64,000 nucleotides of DNA, from NCBI GenBank assembly GCA_965223155.1, contig CBDCVR010000014.1, positions 448,001-512,000 of the forward strand, in the 5' to 3' direction. Origin of the DNA: Candidatus Multivoradales bacterium. Its GTDB lineage: Bacteria; Acidobacteriota; Thermoanaerobaculia; Multivoradales; JAHEKO01. Position numbers and translations under genes: made by a program. The notes beneath the pieces are model-generated. The model ran no database searches, was not told where the DNA came from, and saw only the letters and a list, made by a program, of their open reading frames with translations. Positions within the stretch are counted from its first letter, which is position 1. Every line of letters begins with the position of its first letter. Of this stretch, positions 37,236 to 47,782 are shown in pieces.

Positions 37236-40130
37236 ATGACCGATTCCGCTTCGACGACCCCGATTGACGCCTTCGCTCCACGCCATCTGGGCTCGGGTCC
37301 GGAGGAGATCCACGCCATGCTCGACGCCCTGTCGCTGGGGTCGCTCGACGAGCTGGCGGCGGCGGTCGTTCCGGAGGGCATCCGCCTGGACCGGCCCCTC
37401 GACCTGCCCGAACCCCTCGGCGAGAGCTCCGCCACCGAACGGCTGCGTGGCATCGCCGGCCGCAACCGGCCGGCGCGGAGCTTTCAGGGCAGCGGCTACG
37501 TGACCACCCACATGCCCGCTCCCATCCAGCGCAGCGTGCTCGAGAATCCGGGCTGGTATACGCAGTACACGCCCTACCAGGCCGAGATCGCCCAGGGCCG
37601 TCTGGAGGCGCTGGTCAATTTCCAAACCTTGATGACCGAGCTGGCGGGGCTGCCGGTCGCCAACGCCTCGCTCCTGGATGAAGCCACCGCCGCCGCCGAA
37701 GCCATGAGCTTGTGCTGGGCCGCCGCGCGCCGCAAGAAGGACCTGTTGCTGATCGCCCAGGACTGCCATCCGCAGACCCTGGCGGTCGTAGCAACCCGTG
37801 CCGAGCCCCTGGGCATCCGGGTCGAGACGATACGGCCCGCCGAGCTCGAGGCCCCGGCCGACGACGTCTTCGCAGTCCTCGTTCAGTATCCGGCCACCGA
37901 CGGCAGCCTGGGCGACCCCGACCGTTGGCAAGAGGCACTGCGGGAGTCCGGCGCTCGTCTGATCGTCGCCGCCGATCCCATGGCCCTGGTCCTGTTGCGG
38001 CCGCCAGCCGACTTCGGCGCCGACGTCGTGGTTGGCTCGACCCAGCGTTTCGGCCTGCCAATGGCGGGGGGTGGCCCCCACGCCGGCTATCTGGTCACGA
38101 CGAACGAGCTCGAGCGCCTGATTCCGGGACGCATCGCCGGTCTCTCCCGGGACCGCCACGGCGACCCTGCCTACCGCCTGGCGAGACAGACTCGCGAACA
38201 ACACATCCGGCGCGAGAAGGCCACGAGCAACATCTGTACGGCGCAGGTGCTGCCGGCGGTGCTGGCATCGATGTTCGCCGTCTATCACGGCGCTGACGGA
38301 CTCCGCGCGATGGCCGAAGCCACCCACCGCCGCACGGTCGAACTGGCTCGACGCCTGATCGCCCGGGGCTACGCGCTCCGCTACACGGCCTTTTTCGACA
38401 CGCTGCGGATCGAGACACCCGGCGGCCGCGAACGCATCCTGGAGCGAGCCCGCGCGCGCGACATCCTGCTGCGCGCTTACGACGACGACTCGGTCGGCCT
38501 CACCCTGGACGAAGCGGTTACGGAGGGCGAGCTCGAAGCGCTCGCGGCGATCTTAGAGCCCGACGACGCCGGCGAAGCCGGAAACGCCGGCGTGCCGGCG
38601 GACGCCTTGGGGATTCCGACCGACCGGCAGCGCCGGGATTCCTGGCTCGAGCAGGAAGTTTTCGCCCGGTACCGCACCGAGCACGAGCTCCTACGCTACC
38701 TGGAGCGGCTCCGCTCGCGCGATCTCTCGCTGGTCCACTCGATGATCCCACTGGGATCCTGCACGATGAAGCTCAACGCAGCCTCCGAGATGATGCCCAT
38801 CAGTTGGCCGGAGTTCACCGCGGTCCACCCCTTTGCTCCGGCCGAGTTCCAGCAGGGCTACGCACGGCTCTGCTCCGAGCTGGAGACTTGGCTGGCCGAG
38901 CTCACAGGTTTCCATAGCGTCTCGCTTCAGCCCAACGCTGGATCTCAGGGCGAGCTCACCGGCCTCTTGGTAATCCGCGCGTACCACCGATCCCGGGGCG
39001 ACGACGGCCGCGACGTCTGCCTGATCCCGACCTCCGCCCACGGCACCAACCCGGCGAGCGCGGTCATGGCCGGCATGCGGGTCGTGCCGGTTGCCTGCGA
39101 CGCGGCGGGCAACATCGATATGGCCGATCTCGAGGCCGAGGCCGAGGCCCACTCCGACACCCTGGCGGCCCTGATGATCACCTATCCGTCGACCCACGGC
39201 GTCTTCGAGGAGGGGGTGGTTCGCGCCTGCGAGCTGGTCCACCGGCACGGCGGCCAAGTCTACCTCGACGGCGCCAACATGAACGCCCAGCTCGGTCTTT
39301 GCCGGCCGGGCGACTTCGGAGCCGACGTCTGCCATCTCAATCTGCACAAGACGTTCTGCATCCCCCATGGCGGCGGTGGTCCGGGCATGGGACCCATCTG
39401 CGCGGCCGAGCACCTGACGGCCTTCCTGCCCGGGCACCCATCGGTGGACGGCGGGGACGCCTCGGCCAAGGCCATCGGCCCGGTGTCAGCCGCTCCCTGG
39501 GGCAGCCCAGGGATCCTGCCCATCTCCTGGATGTACATCGCCATGATGGGCGCCGCCGGACTGGAAGAGGCCAGCAAGCTGGCGATTCTCAACGCCAATT
39601 ACATGGCGAAACGCCTGGCCGAGCACTATCCGATTCTCTACACCGGCCAAAACGGCTTCGTCGCCCACGAGTTCATCATCGACGTGCGGGAGATCAAGCG
39701 AGCCTGCGGCATCACCGTGGACGATATTGCCAAGCGGCTCATGGATTACGGCTTCCACGCTCCCACCATGTCCTGGCCGGTCGCCGAGACCATGATGATC
39801 GAGCCCACCGAATCCGAGTCCCAGGCCGAGCTAGATCGATTCTGCGACGCGATGATCGCGATTCGCGAAGAGATTCGAGAGATCGAAGCTGGTACCGCCG
39901 ACCCCGAGAACAATCTGCTGCGCAACGCTCCCCACACCGCTGAGGAGATCGCGGCCGACGACTGGGCTCACCCGTACCCGCGCTCCCGGGCGGCTTTCCC
40001 GAATGCCGCCACCCGAGAGAGCAAGTTCTGGCCACCCGTAGGCAGGATCGACAACACCTTTGGCGACCGCCACCTGGTCTGTTCCTGCGACACGGTCGAA
40101 GCCTACGCCGCCCTCACCGATCAGGGATGA
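37236..40130 (+). CDS. gcvP: Glycine dehydrogenase (single-chain P protein)
   Basis: [58 protein letters not shown] (PLP Lys), PHGGGGPG. Confidence 0.97.
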   Translation: MTDSASTTPIDAFAPRHLGSGPEEIHAMLDALSLGSLDELAAAVVPEGIRLDRPLDLPEPLGESSATERLRGIAGRNRPARSFQGSGYVTTHMPAPIQRSVLENPGWYTQYTPYQAEIAQGRLEALVNFQTLMTELAGLPVANASLLDEATAAAEAMSLCWAAARRKKDLLLIAQDCHPQTLAVVATRAEPLGIRVETIRPAELEAPADDVFAVLVQYPATDGSLGDPDRWQEALRESGARLIVAADPMALVLLRPPADFGADVVVGSTQRFGLPMAGGGPHAGYLVTTNELERLIPGRIAGLSRDRHGDPAYRLARQTREQHIRREKATSNICTAQVLPAVLASMFAVYHGADGLRAMAEATHRRTVELARRLIARGYALRYTAFFDTLRIETPGGRERILERARARDILLRAYDDDSVGLTLDEAVTEGELEALAAILEPDDAGEAGNAGVPADALGIPTDRQRRDSWLEQEVFARYRTEHELLRYLERLRSRDLSLVHSMIPLGSCTMKLNAASEMMPISWPEFTAVHPFAPAEFQQGYARLCSELETWLAELTGFHSVSLQPNAGSQGELTGLLVIRAYHRSRGDDGRDVCLIPTSAHGTNPASAVMAGMRVVPVACDAAGNIDMADLEAEAEAHSDTLAALMITYPSTHGVFEEGVVRACELVHRHGGQVYLDGANMNAQLGLCRPGDFGADVCHLNLHKTFCIPHGGGGPGMGPICAAEHLTAFLPGHPSVDGGDASAKAIGPVSAAPWGSPGILPISWMYIAMMGAAGLEEASKLAILNANYMAKRLAEHYPILYTGQNGFVAHEFIIDVREIKRACGITVDDIAKRLMDYGFHAPTMSWPVAETMMIEPTESESQAELDRFCDAMIAIREEIREIEAGTADPENNLLRNAPHTAEEIAADDWAHPYPRSRAAFPNAATRESKFWPPVGRIDNTFGDRHLVCSCDTVEAYAALTDQG

Positions 40131-40197
40131 GGACAGAGGCCCGGCCGAAGCCGGGGCTCTCAAAATCGATTCTTGCTGGCTGTCGCCGAGCGCCGAG

Positions 40198-40821
40198 CTA
40201 GAAGCGGAAGCGCAGCCCGACGTAGGCCTTGCCTTCGAGCTCGTCGCGATCATCGTCGACAAGGTCGAACCGGCCCACGCCGAAGAAACTGACATTGTCG
40301 CTGACGCTCACATCGACTCCGAAGTGCGCGTTGGCGCCAAGAGCCGAGTCGCTGTCGTCGTCGATGTCGGGTAGATCGAAGTCGGTGTCGGTGAAGTGAA
40401 GCCCCAGGCCACCGCCGACGAAGAACTCGACGGCATTGAACGGGATCGCACCCACGATGTTGAGACCGACCAGGGTGTCGCTCGACACGTCGCCGTCCCA
40501 GTGACCGATCTCGGGCTCCAGATAGCCCTGAAAGCCGGCACTGGTCGAAGAGCTGTGAGCGTTGCGATCCCCGAAGGGAATGCGGACGTTGATGGTGTAG
40601 TACTGCTCGACATCGTCATCCGAGACGATGCGGCCGCCTTCGATGACGTTGTCGCCCAGCTCGACCAGACCCAAACCTATTCCGATCGACCAATCTCGAT
40701 CCTCGTCGTCGTAGTCCTCTTCGAGGTAGACCTTCTCTTCTTCGGTGGCGTCCTCAGCGAACACGCCGGGGACCGGCGCGAACAGCATCGCCAGAGCCGT
40801 CATCAGAATAAACCGCTTCAT
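40198..40821 (-). CDS. Outer-membrane beta-barrel protein (OmpA/OMP_b-brl-like)
   Basis: Signal peptide MKRFIL..VFA, amphipathic strands (FVGGGLG, GANAHFGVD), C-terminal YVGLRFRF. GGAGG RBS. Confidence 0.8.
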   Translation of the reverse strand: MKRFILMTALAMLFAPVPGVFAEDATEEEKVYLEEDYDDEDRDWSIGIGLGLVELGDNVIEGGRIVSDDDVEQYYTINVRIPFGDRNAHSSSTSAGFQGYLEPEIGHWDGDVSSDTLVGLNIVGAIPFNAVEFFVGGGLGLHFTDTDFDLPDIDDDSDSALGANAHFGVDVSVSDNVSFFGVGRFDLVDDDRDELEGKAYVGLRFRF

Positions 40822-40931
40822 CAGTACCTCCTTCGATCGCATCTGCTTTGGCTGGGGTTGTTCCGGCGAACTCCGAGACCCACGCACCATAGCACAGGTC
40901 GGGAGCTTCGAAAGATAGTCCCGTTCACAGG

Positions 40932-42449
40932 CTAGTAGTCCCGGTTTCGCAGCCCCTGGCCCCAGCGCTCGAGCTCCTGGCGAGCCAGGTCCCGGCCTCC
41001 CATACCGAAGGCGAGGGCCGCGGCGACCGCGGCGGCGCCCAGAACCAGGCCGAAGGCCATGTTGATGATGTCCTCGGCGACGTCCATCTGCCGGAGCGCC
41101 ATCGCGCCCGCCAGCACCAAGATCGCCACCTTGGCGGCGGTGGCGAGAAGCGTGCTCTGGCCGCTCGACTGGATCGCCCGAGCGGCGAGATTGGCAAGGT
41201 AGAGCCCGAGTCCGAAGATCACGACACCCAGGAGCACGTTGAAGAAGAAGCCGATGAACGAGGCCATGAGAGCCGCGAGCTGAGCAAAACCTAGAAGCTC
41301 GAGTGCCTCCATCGTGGCGAAAAGCATGACCGCGACCACCACTAGGTGGCCGATGAGACCCGAGGCACCGCCGTCCGCATCGTCGCTCGAAAAGGAAAAG
41401 CCGAGACGATCGAGCAGGCCGTCGAAACCGGCGGCGCGCAGCAGATTGGCAACCAGGCCCGCGACCATTCGGCTGATGACGTAGGCGATCGCCAGAATCA
41501 GGGCCGCGCCGAAGAGATTCGGCAGGGCGCTCAGGATCTGGTCCAGCATCTGACTGGCCGGCCGGGTGATGTCGTCCAGCTTGAGAGCTCCGAGCGCCTG
41601 CACCAGTACCGGGATCAGAACCAAGGTGTAGACCAAGAGGCCCACGAGGCCGGAGAGCTTCTGGCGGCCGAGGGCCTGATCCAGGCCGGCCTTCTCGCCG
41701 ATCGAATCCAGACCGGACGCGGCCAGCAAGCTGGTCACGACCCGGCGCAGAATCCGCGCAATGAACCAACCGACCAGGAAGATCACCACCGCGCCGAACA
41801 GGTTGGGAATGAAGCCCACTAGCTTTTCGACCATTCCTTGAATCGGATCCAGCAGGCCGTGGAGCTGCAGGGCCCCGAGAACCGCCGGCAGGAAGAGCAG
41901 GAAGATGAGCCAGTAGACGGTCTCCGACAGAGTCTTCGACACAGGCACCGGCCGTTCGCCCTCTTCTTCAAGCCCCTCGCCGCCGAGCCGTTGATCGAGG
42001 CCCACGACGTCCAGTCCCTTGCGCACCACCAGGCGCAAACCGGTGGCCAGAATCCAAGCGACCAGCAACAGGGCCAGAGCCTTGATGATGTTGGGCAGAG
42101 CGCCCAGGATGCCCGTCACCATGTTCTCGAGCGGCTCGGACACGGTGGTCAGTTGCAGCGCCGTAAAGAAACCGATGACGACGAAGATCATCAAGAACCA
42201 GAAGACGATGCGGCTGATGGCCGGCTCAATGTCCGGCGCGGGCTCGTCGCTGCCTCGCACCCAGGCGGCGATCCGGTTGTCGATCTCGGTCCGCTGTAGC
42301 GCCGCTCGAATCAGACGCGAGATCAGATACGCCGCCAGCCATCCCAGAATCAAAATCGCCAGGGCCGCCAGCAGGCGCGGCAGGTAGGCACCGACCTCCC
42401 CGAGGAGGTTCTCGCCCATGGCACTCAAGTTCGCGCGAAGGTCGCTCAT
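40932..42449 (-). CDS. CmpX-like conserved TM-helix repeat membrane protein (MscS N-terminal helix repeats, no MscS beta domain)
   Basis: Five repeats of the [YF/A]LP[RN]..AL.IL..GW..A...D pattern, ending AAALAFGMGGRDLA. Confidence 0.8.
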   Translation of the reverse strand: MSDLRANLSAMGENLLGEVGAYLPRLLAALAILILGWLAAYLISRLIRAALQRTEIDNRIAAWVRGSDEPAPDIEPAISRIVFWFLMIFVVIGFFTALQLTTVSEPLENMVTGILGALPNIIKALALLLVAWILATGLRLVVRKGLDVVGLDQRLGGEGLEEEGERPVPVSKTLSETVYWLIFLLFLPAVLGALQLHGLLDPIQGMVEKLVGFIPNLFGAVVIFLVGWFIARILRRVVTSLLAASGLDSIGEKAGLDQALGRQKLSGLVGLLVYTLVLIPVLVQALGALKLDDITRPASQMLDQILSALPNLFGAALILAIAYVISRMVAGLVANLLRAAGFDGLLDRLGFSFSSDDADGGASGLIGHLVVVAVMLFATMEALELLGFAQLAALMASFIGFFFNVLLGVVIFGLGLYLANLAARAIQSSGQSTLLATAAKVAILVLAGAMALRQMDVAEDIINMAFGLVLGAAAVAAALAFGMGGRDLARQELERWGQGLRNRDY

Positions 42450-42683
42450 GATAACTCCTTTAAACGATGAAACTTATCGCGCGGGTCCCCGCGAGGATCC
42501 GCGTATCTGGCTTGTATTCGGTACCCCATCAAGGGAAGTCAAAGTATAGCGAAAGAATGCTTGTCCGGCTGGGTGGAGTTGTGGTGTATGATCGGCGTTC
42601 ATCTACAGGGCGCGCCTCTTCCCGATAGTTGCACGCAACGGGAGCTGCGACCCCTCGGTACCTGTCCTAAAGGAGGGAAACAC

Positions 42684-43085
42684 ATGAAAAAGACTTTCTT
42701 GCAGATGCTTGGCCTCGCGGTGCTTCTGACGCTGCCTTTGGTGGCCTGCAACGCGGCCCAGGATGCGGCCGAAGGCACCGGCGAAGCCGTCAACGAGGGT
42801 CTGGACGCGGCGGGCGACATGGCCGAAGCGACCGGTGAAGCCGTCGGTGAGGGCATCGAAGCGGCCGGCGACATGGCCGAAGCGGCCGGTGAAGCCGTCG
42901 GCGACGCGGTGGAAGCCGGAGTCGACGCGGCCGGCGACGTGACCGAAGCCGGGCTGGAAGCGGTCGGCGACGCGGTCGAGACCGCCGGTGACATGGCCGA
43001 GACGGCCGGTGACAAGGTCAAGGAAGGCATGGACGCCGCGAGCGACGCGGTGGACGAAGCCACCGAAGACGGCGACGGCCGTTAG
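42684..43085 (+). CDS. Acidic low-complexity lipoprotein with 18/22-aa tandem repeats
   Basis: Lipobox LVAC, EAVGEGIEAAGDMAEAAG-type repeats. AGGAGG RBS and a downstream terminator. Confidence 0.85.
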   Translation: MKKTFLQMLGLAVLLTLPLVACNAAQDAAEGTGEAVNEGLDAAGDMAEATGEAVGEGIEAAGDMAEAAGEAVGDAVEAGVDAAGDVTEAGLEAVGDAVETAGDMAETAGDKVKEGMDAASDAVDEATEDGDGR

Positions 43086-43111
43086 GCCTCTCTTTCGGGC
43101 ATAGCCCACCT

Positions 43112-43145
43112 AAAAGCGCCTGCCGCTCGGCAGGCGCTTTTTTTT
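43112..43145 (+). terminator. Rho-independent terminator
   Basis: AAAAGCGCCTGCCG-CT-CGGCAGGCGCTTTTTTTT. Confidence 0.9.
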
Positions 43146-43146
43146 A

Positions 43147-43178
43147 CTCTTGATTTACGCTTTGTTTTCGCTTAACGT
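43147..43178 (+). promoter_or_regulatory. Sigma70-type promoter with shared motif upstream of imuA
   Basis: TTGATT-17 bp-TAACGT. CTCTTGATTTACGC-N6-TTCGC is shared with the dnaE2 upstream region. Confidence 0.7.
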
Positions 43179-43218
43179 CTGGGGCCCTTTCTAGCCTCTG
43201 TCGAACAGAACCGGCACC

Positions 43219-44007
43219 GTGACCACCGCACTCGCTCGCTTCCCCGAACTCCAACATCTCCAATCGCGTCGGCCGGCGGGTCAACTGGCTCATACCCGAC
43301 TGAGCCATATCCAACTGACCCGGGCCCAACTGACCCGGGCCGGCGAGTTGGCCGTCCGGAACGGCGAGCCGGATGCGGCCCCTCCTCCACTACCTACCGC
43401 CATCGAGCCCCTGGACCTGCAGCTCGGCGGCGGACTGCCTCACGGGCTGACCGAGCTCGTCGGCCGGGGCAGCAGTGGACGACTCTCCGCCGTGCTGTCC
43501 ACCGTCGCCGCGGTCACCCGGCAGGGAGCCACCGCCGCCTTGATCGACCTCGGAGACGGCCTGGACCCGGGCAACGCTCACGACCTCGGAGTGGATCTGA
43601 AACGGCTCTTGTGGCTTCGGCCCAAGCACTTGAAACCGGCCTTGGCCGCGGCCGAGATCGCCCTGCAAACGGGGTTTCTCCTGGTCGCCGTGGATCTGGG
43701 AGCCCCGCCTGTTCCCGGCGGCCGCGGTCCCGACTCCGCCTGGCTACGGCTGGCCCGAGCGGCCCGATCCCGGCGCAGCTCGATCTTGGTCTCGACTCCG
43801 TACCGGGTCAGCGGCACGGCGGCCACCACCGTCGTCGAAGCTCAGCGCACCACCGCCGGCTGGCGGTCCCGACCTCATCTGTCCGCCTTCCTCCAGACGC
43901 TCGAGTTTTCCTGGCTGCTGCAGAAACACCGTCATCACCTGGGCTGCGGCCGCAACGTCTCGTTCGCCAGGACCGTGCCCGAGGCCGACCTCGGATCCGT
44001 GGATTGA
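43219..44007 (+). CDS. imuA: ImuA/RecA-like protein
   Basis: LPTAIEPLDLQLGGGLPHG.TELVGRGSSGR (degenerate Walker A), ALID..DGLDP, GVDLKRLLWLRP, WLRLARAA. First gene of the imuA-imuB-dnaE2 cassette. Start uncertain. Confidence 0.82.
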   Translation: MTTALARFPELQHLQSRRPAGQLAHTRLSHIQLTRAQLTRAGELAVRNGEPDAAPPPLPTAIEPLDLQLGGGLPHGLTELVGRGSSGRLSAVLSTVAAVTRQGATAALIDLGDGLDPGNAHDLGVDLKRLLWLRPKHLKPALAAAEIALQTGFLLVAVDLGAPPVPGGRGPDSAWLRLARAARSRRSSILVSTPYRVSGTAATTVVEAQRTTAGWRSRPHLSAFLQTLEFSWLLQKHRHHLGCGRNVSFARTVPEADLGSVD

Positions 44008-45584
44008 CCGCGAAGCGGCACCGGCGCCTGGCCTGCGTCTTCGTCCCTCTCTTCCCGCTCGCCGCCCGCATCCGCAGCGAACCGCAATTGCTCGGTGCCG
44101 CCGCCGCCGTCTTCGACGGTGACGACAGCACCGCCCGGCTGGTAGCGGCCACCCGCGAGGCGCGCCGGGCGGGGTTGCGTCCGGACATGAAGCGGTCCCA
44201 AGCCCGGACCCTGCTTCCCGATCTTCAGATTCGCGCCCACGATCCGGTCTGCGAGCACACCGCGCAGGCCGCCCTGCTAGAGGTCGCTTTCCGCTACTCA
44301 CCACGAGTCGAGGACGCCCATCCGGGGGTCCTCTATCTCGACCTGACCGGACTCGAGCGGCACTACCGCAACGACAAGCCCGGCGGTTCGTATAAGAGCT
44401 TGGAGCCGCGGGCGGTCGAGACCGAGATCGCTCGAGATCTGATCGCCGACGCCGATCTCCGCGCGGACGTGCCGGCATGGATCGGCGTGGCCTCGAGCAA
44501 GCTGGCGGCTCGAGTCGCCGCGGAACGGATGCCGACTCCTACGATCGTCGCCCCATCCGAAGAAGCCGCGTTCTTGGCTCCGCTGCCTCTCGATCGGCTG
44601 CGCCCCGAGGCCACGATTCTGGAGACTCTCTCGCGCTGGGGCATCTCCTCGATCGGCGATCTCGCCGCCCTGCCCGCCAACGCGGTGGCCAGCCGTCTAG
44701 GAGACGCCGGGCTCGAGCTCCACAAGCTCGCCCGCGGCGAGGACCGGCGTCCTCTGATACCCCGCCCACCGCCGGAGCTGTTTTGCGAAGGGCTGGAGCT
44801 GGACTGGCCGTTGGTGGCCCTGGAACCTTTCCTGTTCGTCGCCAAGGCCACCCTGGAACGGCTCTGCCGCCGCCTCGACACCCGAGGATTGGCCTCGATC
44901 CAGCTCGACCTGTCCCTACACCTCGAGCCCGGAGGATTTTGCGAGCGCTCGATCCGGCTGCCGGCGCCGAGCCGGGAGGTCAAAACGCTGCTGACCCTGG
45001 TCCGGCTGGAGCTGGAACGAGCACCGCCAAACGCTCCCATCACCGGGTTCACCTTCCAAGCCCATCCCGACCGGCCGCAGGCGACGCAATTAACCGTCTT
45101 CGGCCGGCCCACGCCGGCTCCGGAAACGCTCGCGACCAGCCTGGCCCGGCTCTTCGCCCTGCTTGGGCCGGGGGCCATGGGGAGCCCGGTGCCTCTCGAC
45201 AGCTTCCTCCCCGACCGGTTCGAGCTTGCCGCTTTCCGCCCCCCCGACCCGCCGGAGCTTGCTCCACCGCCGGACCCCACCAGGAACTTGCTGGCAGTGC
45301 GTAGCCTGCGTCCCCCGGTGGCGGTGTCGGTTCGAACCCGCAACGGTTTCCCGGTCTCTCTGGACACAGCCGGAGTTCCGCCGGCGGATCGGGGCCGGTC
45401 GCACCCTATGTGCGGCTCGGTCCGGGTCGCCTCGGGACCGTGGCATCTCGAAGAGAGGTGGTGGGAAGCGTCGAGCAGTTTGATTCGCGAATACTGGGAT
45501 GTCGAGCTCGAAGGCGGCACCTTGTACCGGATCTTCCTCGATGCCAAAGCCGAACGATGGTTCGTCGACGGTGTCTACGACTGA
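44004..45584 (+). CDS. imuB: ImuB, catalytically inactive Y-family polymerase homologue
   Basis: LACVFVPLFP, SPRVE..HPG.LYLDLTG (catalytic acidic residues absent), GVASSKLAA, FLAPLPL, WGISSIGDLAAL, C-terminal GPW...WW...REYWDV..GVYD. TTGA overlap with the imuA stop. Confidence 0.88.
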   Translation: MTAKRHRRLACVFVPLFPLAARIRSEPQLLGAAAAVFDGDDSTARLVAATREARRAGLRPDMKRSQARTLLPDLQIRAHDPVCEHTAQAALLEVAFRYSPRVEDAHPGVLYLDLTGLERHYRNDKPGGSYKSLEPRAVETEIARDLIADADLRADVPAWIGVASSKLAARVAAERMPTPTIVAPSEEAAFLAPLPLDRLRPEATILETLSRWGISSIGDLAALPANAVASRLGDAGLELHKLARGEDRRPLIPRPPPELFCEGLELDWPLVALEPFLFVAKATLERLCRRLDTRGLASIQLDLSLHLEPGGFCERSIRLPAPSREVKTLLTLVRLELERAPPNAPITGFTFQAHPDRPQATQLTVFGRPTPAPETLATSLARLFALLGPGAMGSPVPLDSFLPDRFELAAFRPPDPPELAPPPDPTRNLLAVRSLRPPVAVSVRTRNGFPVSLDTAGVPPADRGRSHPMCGSVRVASGPWHLEERWWEASSSLIREYWDVELEGGTLYRIFLDAKAERWFVDGVYD

Positions 45585-45602
45585 GCCCTGTTCCACAGCC
45601 CG

Positions 45603-47708
45603 GTGGCCGAACCCTTGCTACCATCCCGCGCCGTGACCGAACGGCCCGACACCGGCGATTCATCCGCTGATCCCAGGCAGCTTCTCGGTCTCGAGAAGGC
45701 GCTCGACACGATGCAGGTCGGGGTGACCATCACCGACGTTCACCGCAGAATCGTCTACGTCAACCGGGCCGAAGCGGAGTCGCACGGCTACTCCAAAGAC
45801 GATCTCCTCGGGCGGGACGCGGCGATCCTGGCTCCCGAGCCCCTACGCAAGCAGCCCATGCCGCCCGAGGCCTTGCGCAAGCTGCGCAGCTGGAAGCGTG
45901 TCAGCACCAACCTGCGCTCGGACGGCAGCACGTTCCCGGTCGAGATCCTCTCGGACGTGGCCGTGGACGCCGAAGGCGACCCGGTGGGAATCGTCACCAT
46001 CTCGCAGGACATCACCGAGCGCCTCGAGGCCGAGCGCGCTCTCCGGGAAAGCGAGGAGCGCTTCGCCCTCGCCGTCGCCGGCGCCAACGACGGCATCTGG
46101 GACTGGAACCTCGAAACCGAATCGATCTCGTTCTCCGAGCGCTGGAAGGGCCTGCTCGGCTTCGAGCCCGGCGAGATCCGAGACGTCCCCGACACCTGGT
46201 GGTCGCGGGTCCATCCCGAAGACCTGGAATGGCTGCGCCGCGAGCTGGACCAACACCTCGAGGGCGCCAGCCAGAACCTGCACAACGAGCACCGCATGCT
46301 CCATCGAGACGGCGACTACCGCTGGATGCTGGTGCGCGGAGCGGCGATCCGGGACCAGAACGGCAAGGCGACGCGCATCGCCGGCTCGCTCACCGACATC
46401 ACCGATCGCAAGGTGCACGACCCGCTCACCGGACTGCCCAACCGGGCTCTCTTCCTGGACCGGCTCAAGAACGCCCTCCATCGTGGCCGACGCAAGCTGG
46501 ACCGCCTGAACGCGGTCCTCTTTCTGGACCTGGACCGCTTCAAGGTGGTCAACGACAGCCTGGGTCATCCGGCGGGGGATCAGCTGCTCAAGAACGTCGC
46601 CTCGGTCTTGCGCGCAAGCCTGCGGCCTGGAGACACGGTGGCCCGCATCGGCGGCGACGAGTTCCTGATCCTGCTCGAGGACATCGAGAGCGCCGACGAG
46701 GCCGCGGCCATCGCCGAACGCATTCAAGCCGAGCTGCGCCAGCCGTTTCAGGTCGACGATGAGGAGCTCTTTACCACCGCCAGCATCGGCATCGCTTTGA
46801 GCGCCACCGGGCTCGAGCCACCCGAAAATCTCTTGCGCGACGCAGACACGGCCATGTACCAGGCCAAGGCCCGGGGTTCCGGACGCCACCGAATCTTCGA
46901 CCGCGACATGCGCAAGCGCGCGCTGGATCAACTTCGCATCGAGACCGATCTACGCCGGGCCCTCGAGCGCGACGAGTTCGTACTCCATTATCAGCCGATC
47001 TTGAGGCTCGCGACCGACGAGATCGACGGTTTCGAGGCCCTGATTCGCTGGCAGCATCCGGAGCGCGGCCTGCTGGCTCCGCGAGAGTTCATCGATGCCG
47101 CCGAAGAAACCGGCTTGATCCTGCCGATCGGCCGTTGGGTGCTGCGTACCGCCTGCCTGCAGATGGCGTCATGGCTGGCCGGTGGAGCGGAGCCCGGCTG
47201 GCGAATGAGTATCAACCTCTCGCCCAAGCAGTTTGGTCATCCGCGCCTGGTCCACGACATCCGGGAGACACTTGCCAGTGCCTCGCTGGCGCCCGAGAAC
47301 CTCCAGCTCGAGATCACCGAAGGCACGTTTATCGAGAATCTCGAGAACGCCGCCGCCATGATCGATTCGCTCCGGCACATGGGCATCCAGGTCGCGATCG
47401 ACGACTTCGGAACGGGCTATTCGTCTCTGGGGTACCTGGATCGCTTGCCGGTCGACATCTTGAAAATCGACCGATCCTTCGTCAGCAAGCTGGGCACGGT
47501 GGGCGGCAGAGGCGAGGTCGTACGCTCGGTGATGGGCATGGCCGAGAACCTCCACATCCGGGTGGTCGCCGAAGGCGTCGAGACGGAGCTCCAGAAGGTC
47601 CAGCTCGAAGAGCTTCAGTGCGATTTCATTCAGGGGTATCTGCACAGTCGGCCGCAACCGGCGGAAGCGATCGGCCGGCTGCTGGCGCAGCGGCGCGAGG
47701 ACGACTGA
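45603..47708 (+). CDS. PAS-PAS-GGDEF-EAL diguanylate cyclase/phosphodiesterase
   Basis: Two PAS/PAC domains (YVNRA, DGSTFPVE; GIWDW, VHPED, DGDYRW), HDPLTGLPNR, RPGD I-site + GGDEF, FEAL, DDFGTGYSSL, EGVE. Confidence 0.95.
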   Translation: MAEPLLPSRAVTERPDTGDSSADPRQLLGLEKALDTMQVGVTITDVHRRIVYVNRAEAESHGYSKDDLLGRDAAILAPEPLRKQPMPPEALRKLRSWKRVSTNLRSDGSTFPVEILSDVAVDAEGDPVGIVTISQDITERLEAERALRESEERFALAVAGANDGIWDWNLETESISFSERWKGLLGFEPGEIRDVPDTWWSRVHPEDLEWLRRELDQHLEGASQNLHNEHRMLHRDGDYRWMLVRGAAIRDQNGKATRIAGSLTDITDRKVHDPLTGLPNRALFLDRLKNALHRGRRKLDRLNAVLFLDLDRFKVVNDSLGHPAGDQLLKNVASVLRASLRPGDTVARIGGDEFLILLEDIESADEAAAIAERIQAELRQPFQVDDEELFTTASIGIALSATGLEPPENLLRDADTAMYQAKARGSGRHRIFDRDMRKRALDQLRIETDLRRALERDEFVLHYQPILRLATDEIDGFEALIRWQHPERGLLAPREFIDAAEETGLILPIGRWVLRTACLQMASWLAGGAEPGWRMSINLSPKQFGHPRLVHDIRETLASASLAPENLQLEITEGTFIENLENAAAMIDSLRHMGIQVAIDDFGTGYSSLGYLDRLPVDILKIDRSFVSKLGTVGGRGEVVRSVMGMAENLHIRVVAEGVETELQKVQLEELQCDFIQGYLHSRPQPAEAIGRLLAQRREDD

Positions 47709-47744
47709 ACCGGACCGGCACCGCGAACTGTTCGAGCATCGAGC

Positions 47745-47781
47745 CTCTTGATTTACGCCTCAATTTCGCCTATTCTCGCCT
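47745..47781 (+). promoter_or_regulatory. Sigma70-type (probably leaderless) promoter with shared motif upstream of dnaE2
   Basis: TTGATT-17 bp-TATTCT-6 bp-ATG. Contains TACGCC/TTCGCC/CTCGCC direct repeats. Confidence 0.7.
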
Positions 47782-47782
47782 C

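Noticed and set aside
43281-43341. 15-bp tandem repeats (QLTRA QLTRA) near the imuA 5' end
   Set aside because: A short in-frame, low-complexity duplication in a poorly conserved N-terminus, with no evidence of function.
47135-47782. DnaE2 N-terminal extension overlapping the EAL domain
   Set aside because: This is out-of-frame read-through. The promoter and ATG at 47783 give the plausible start.
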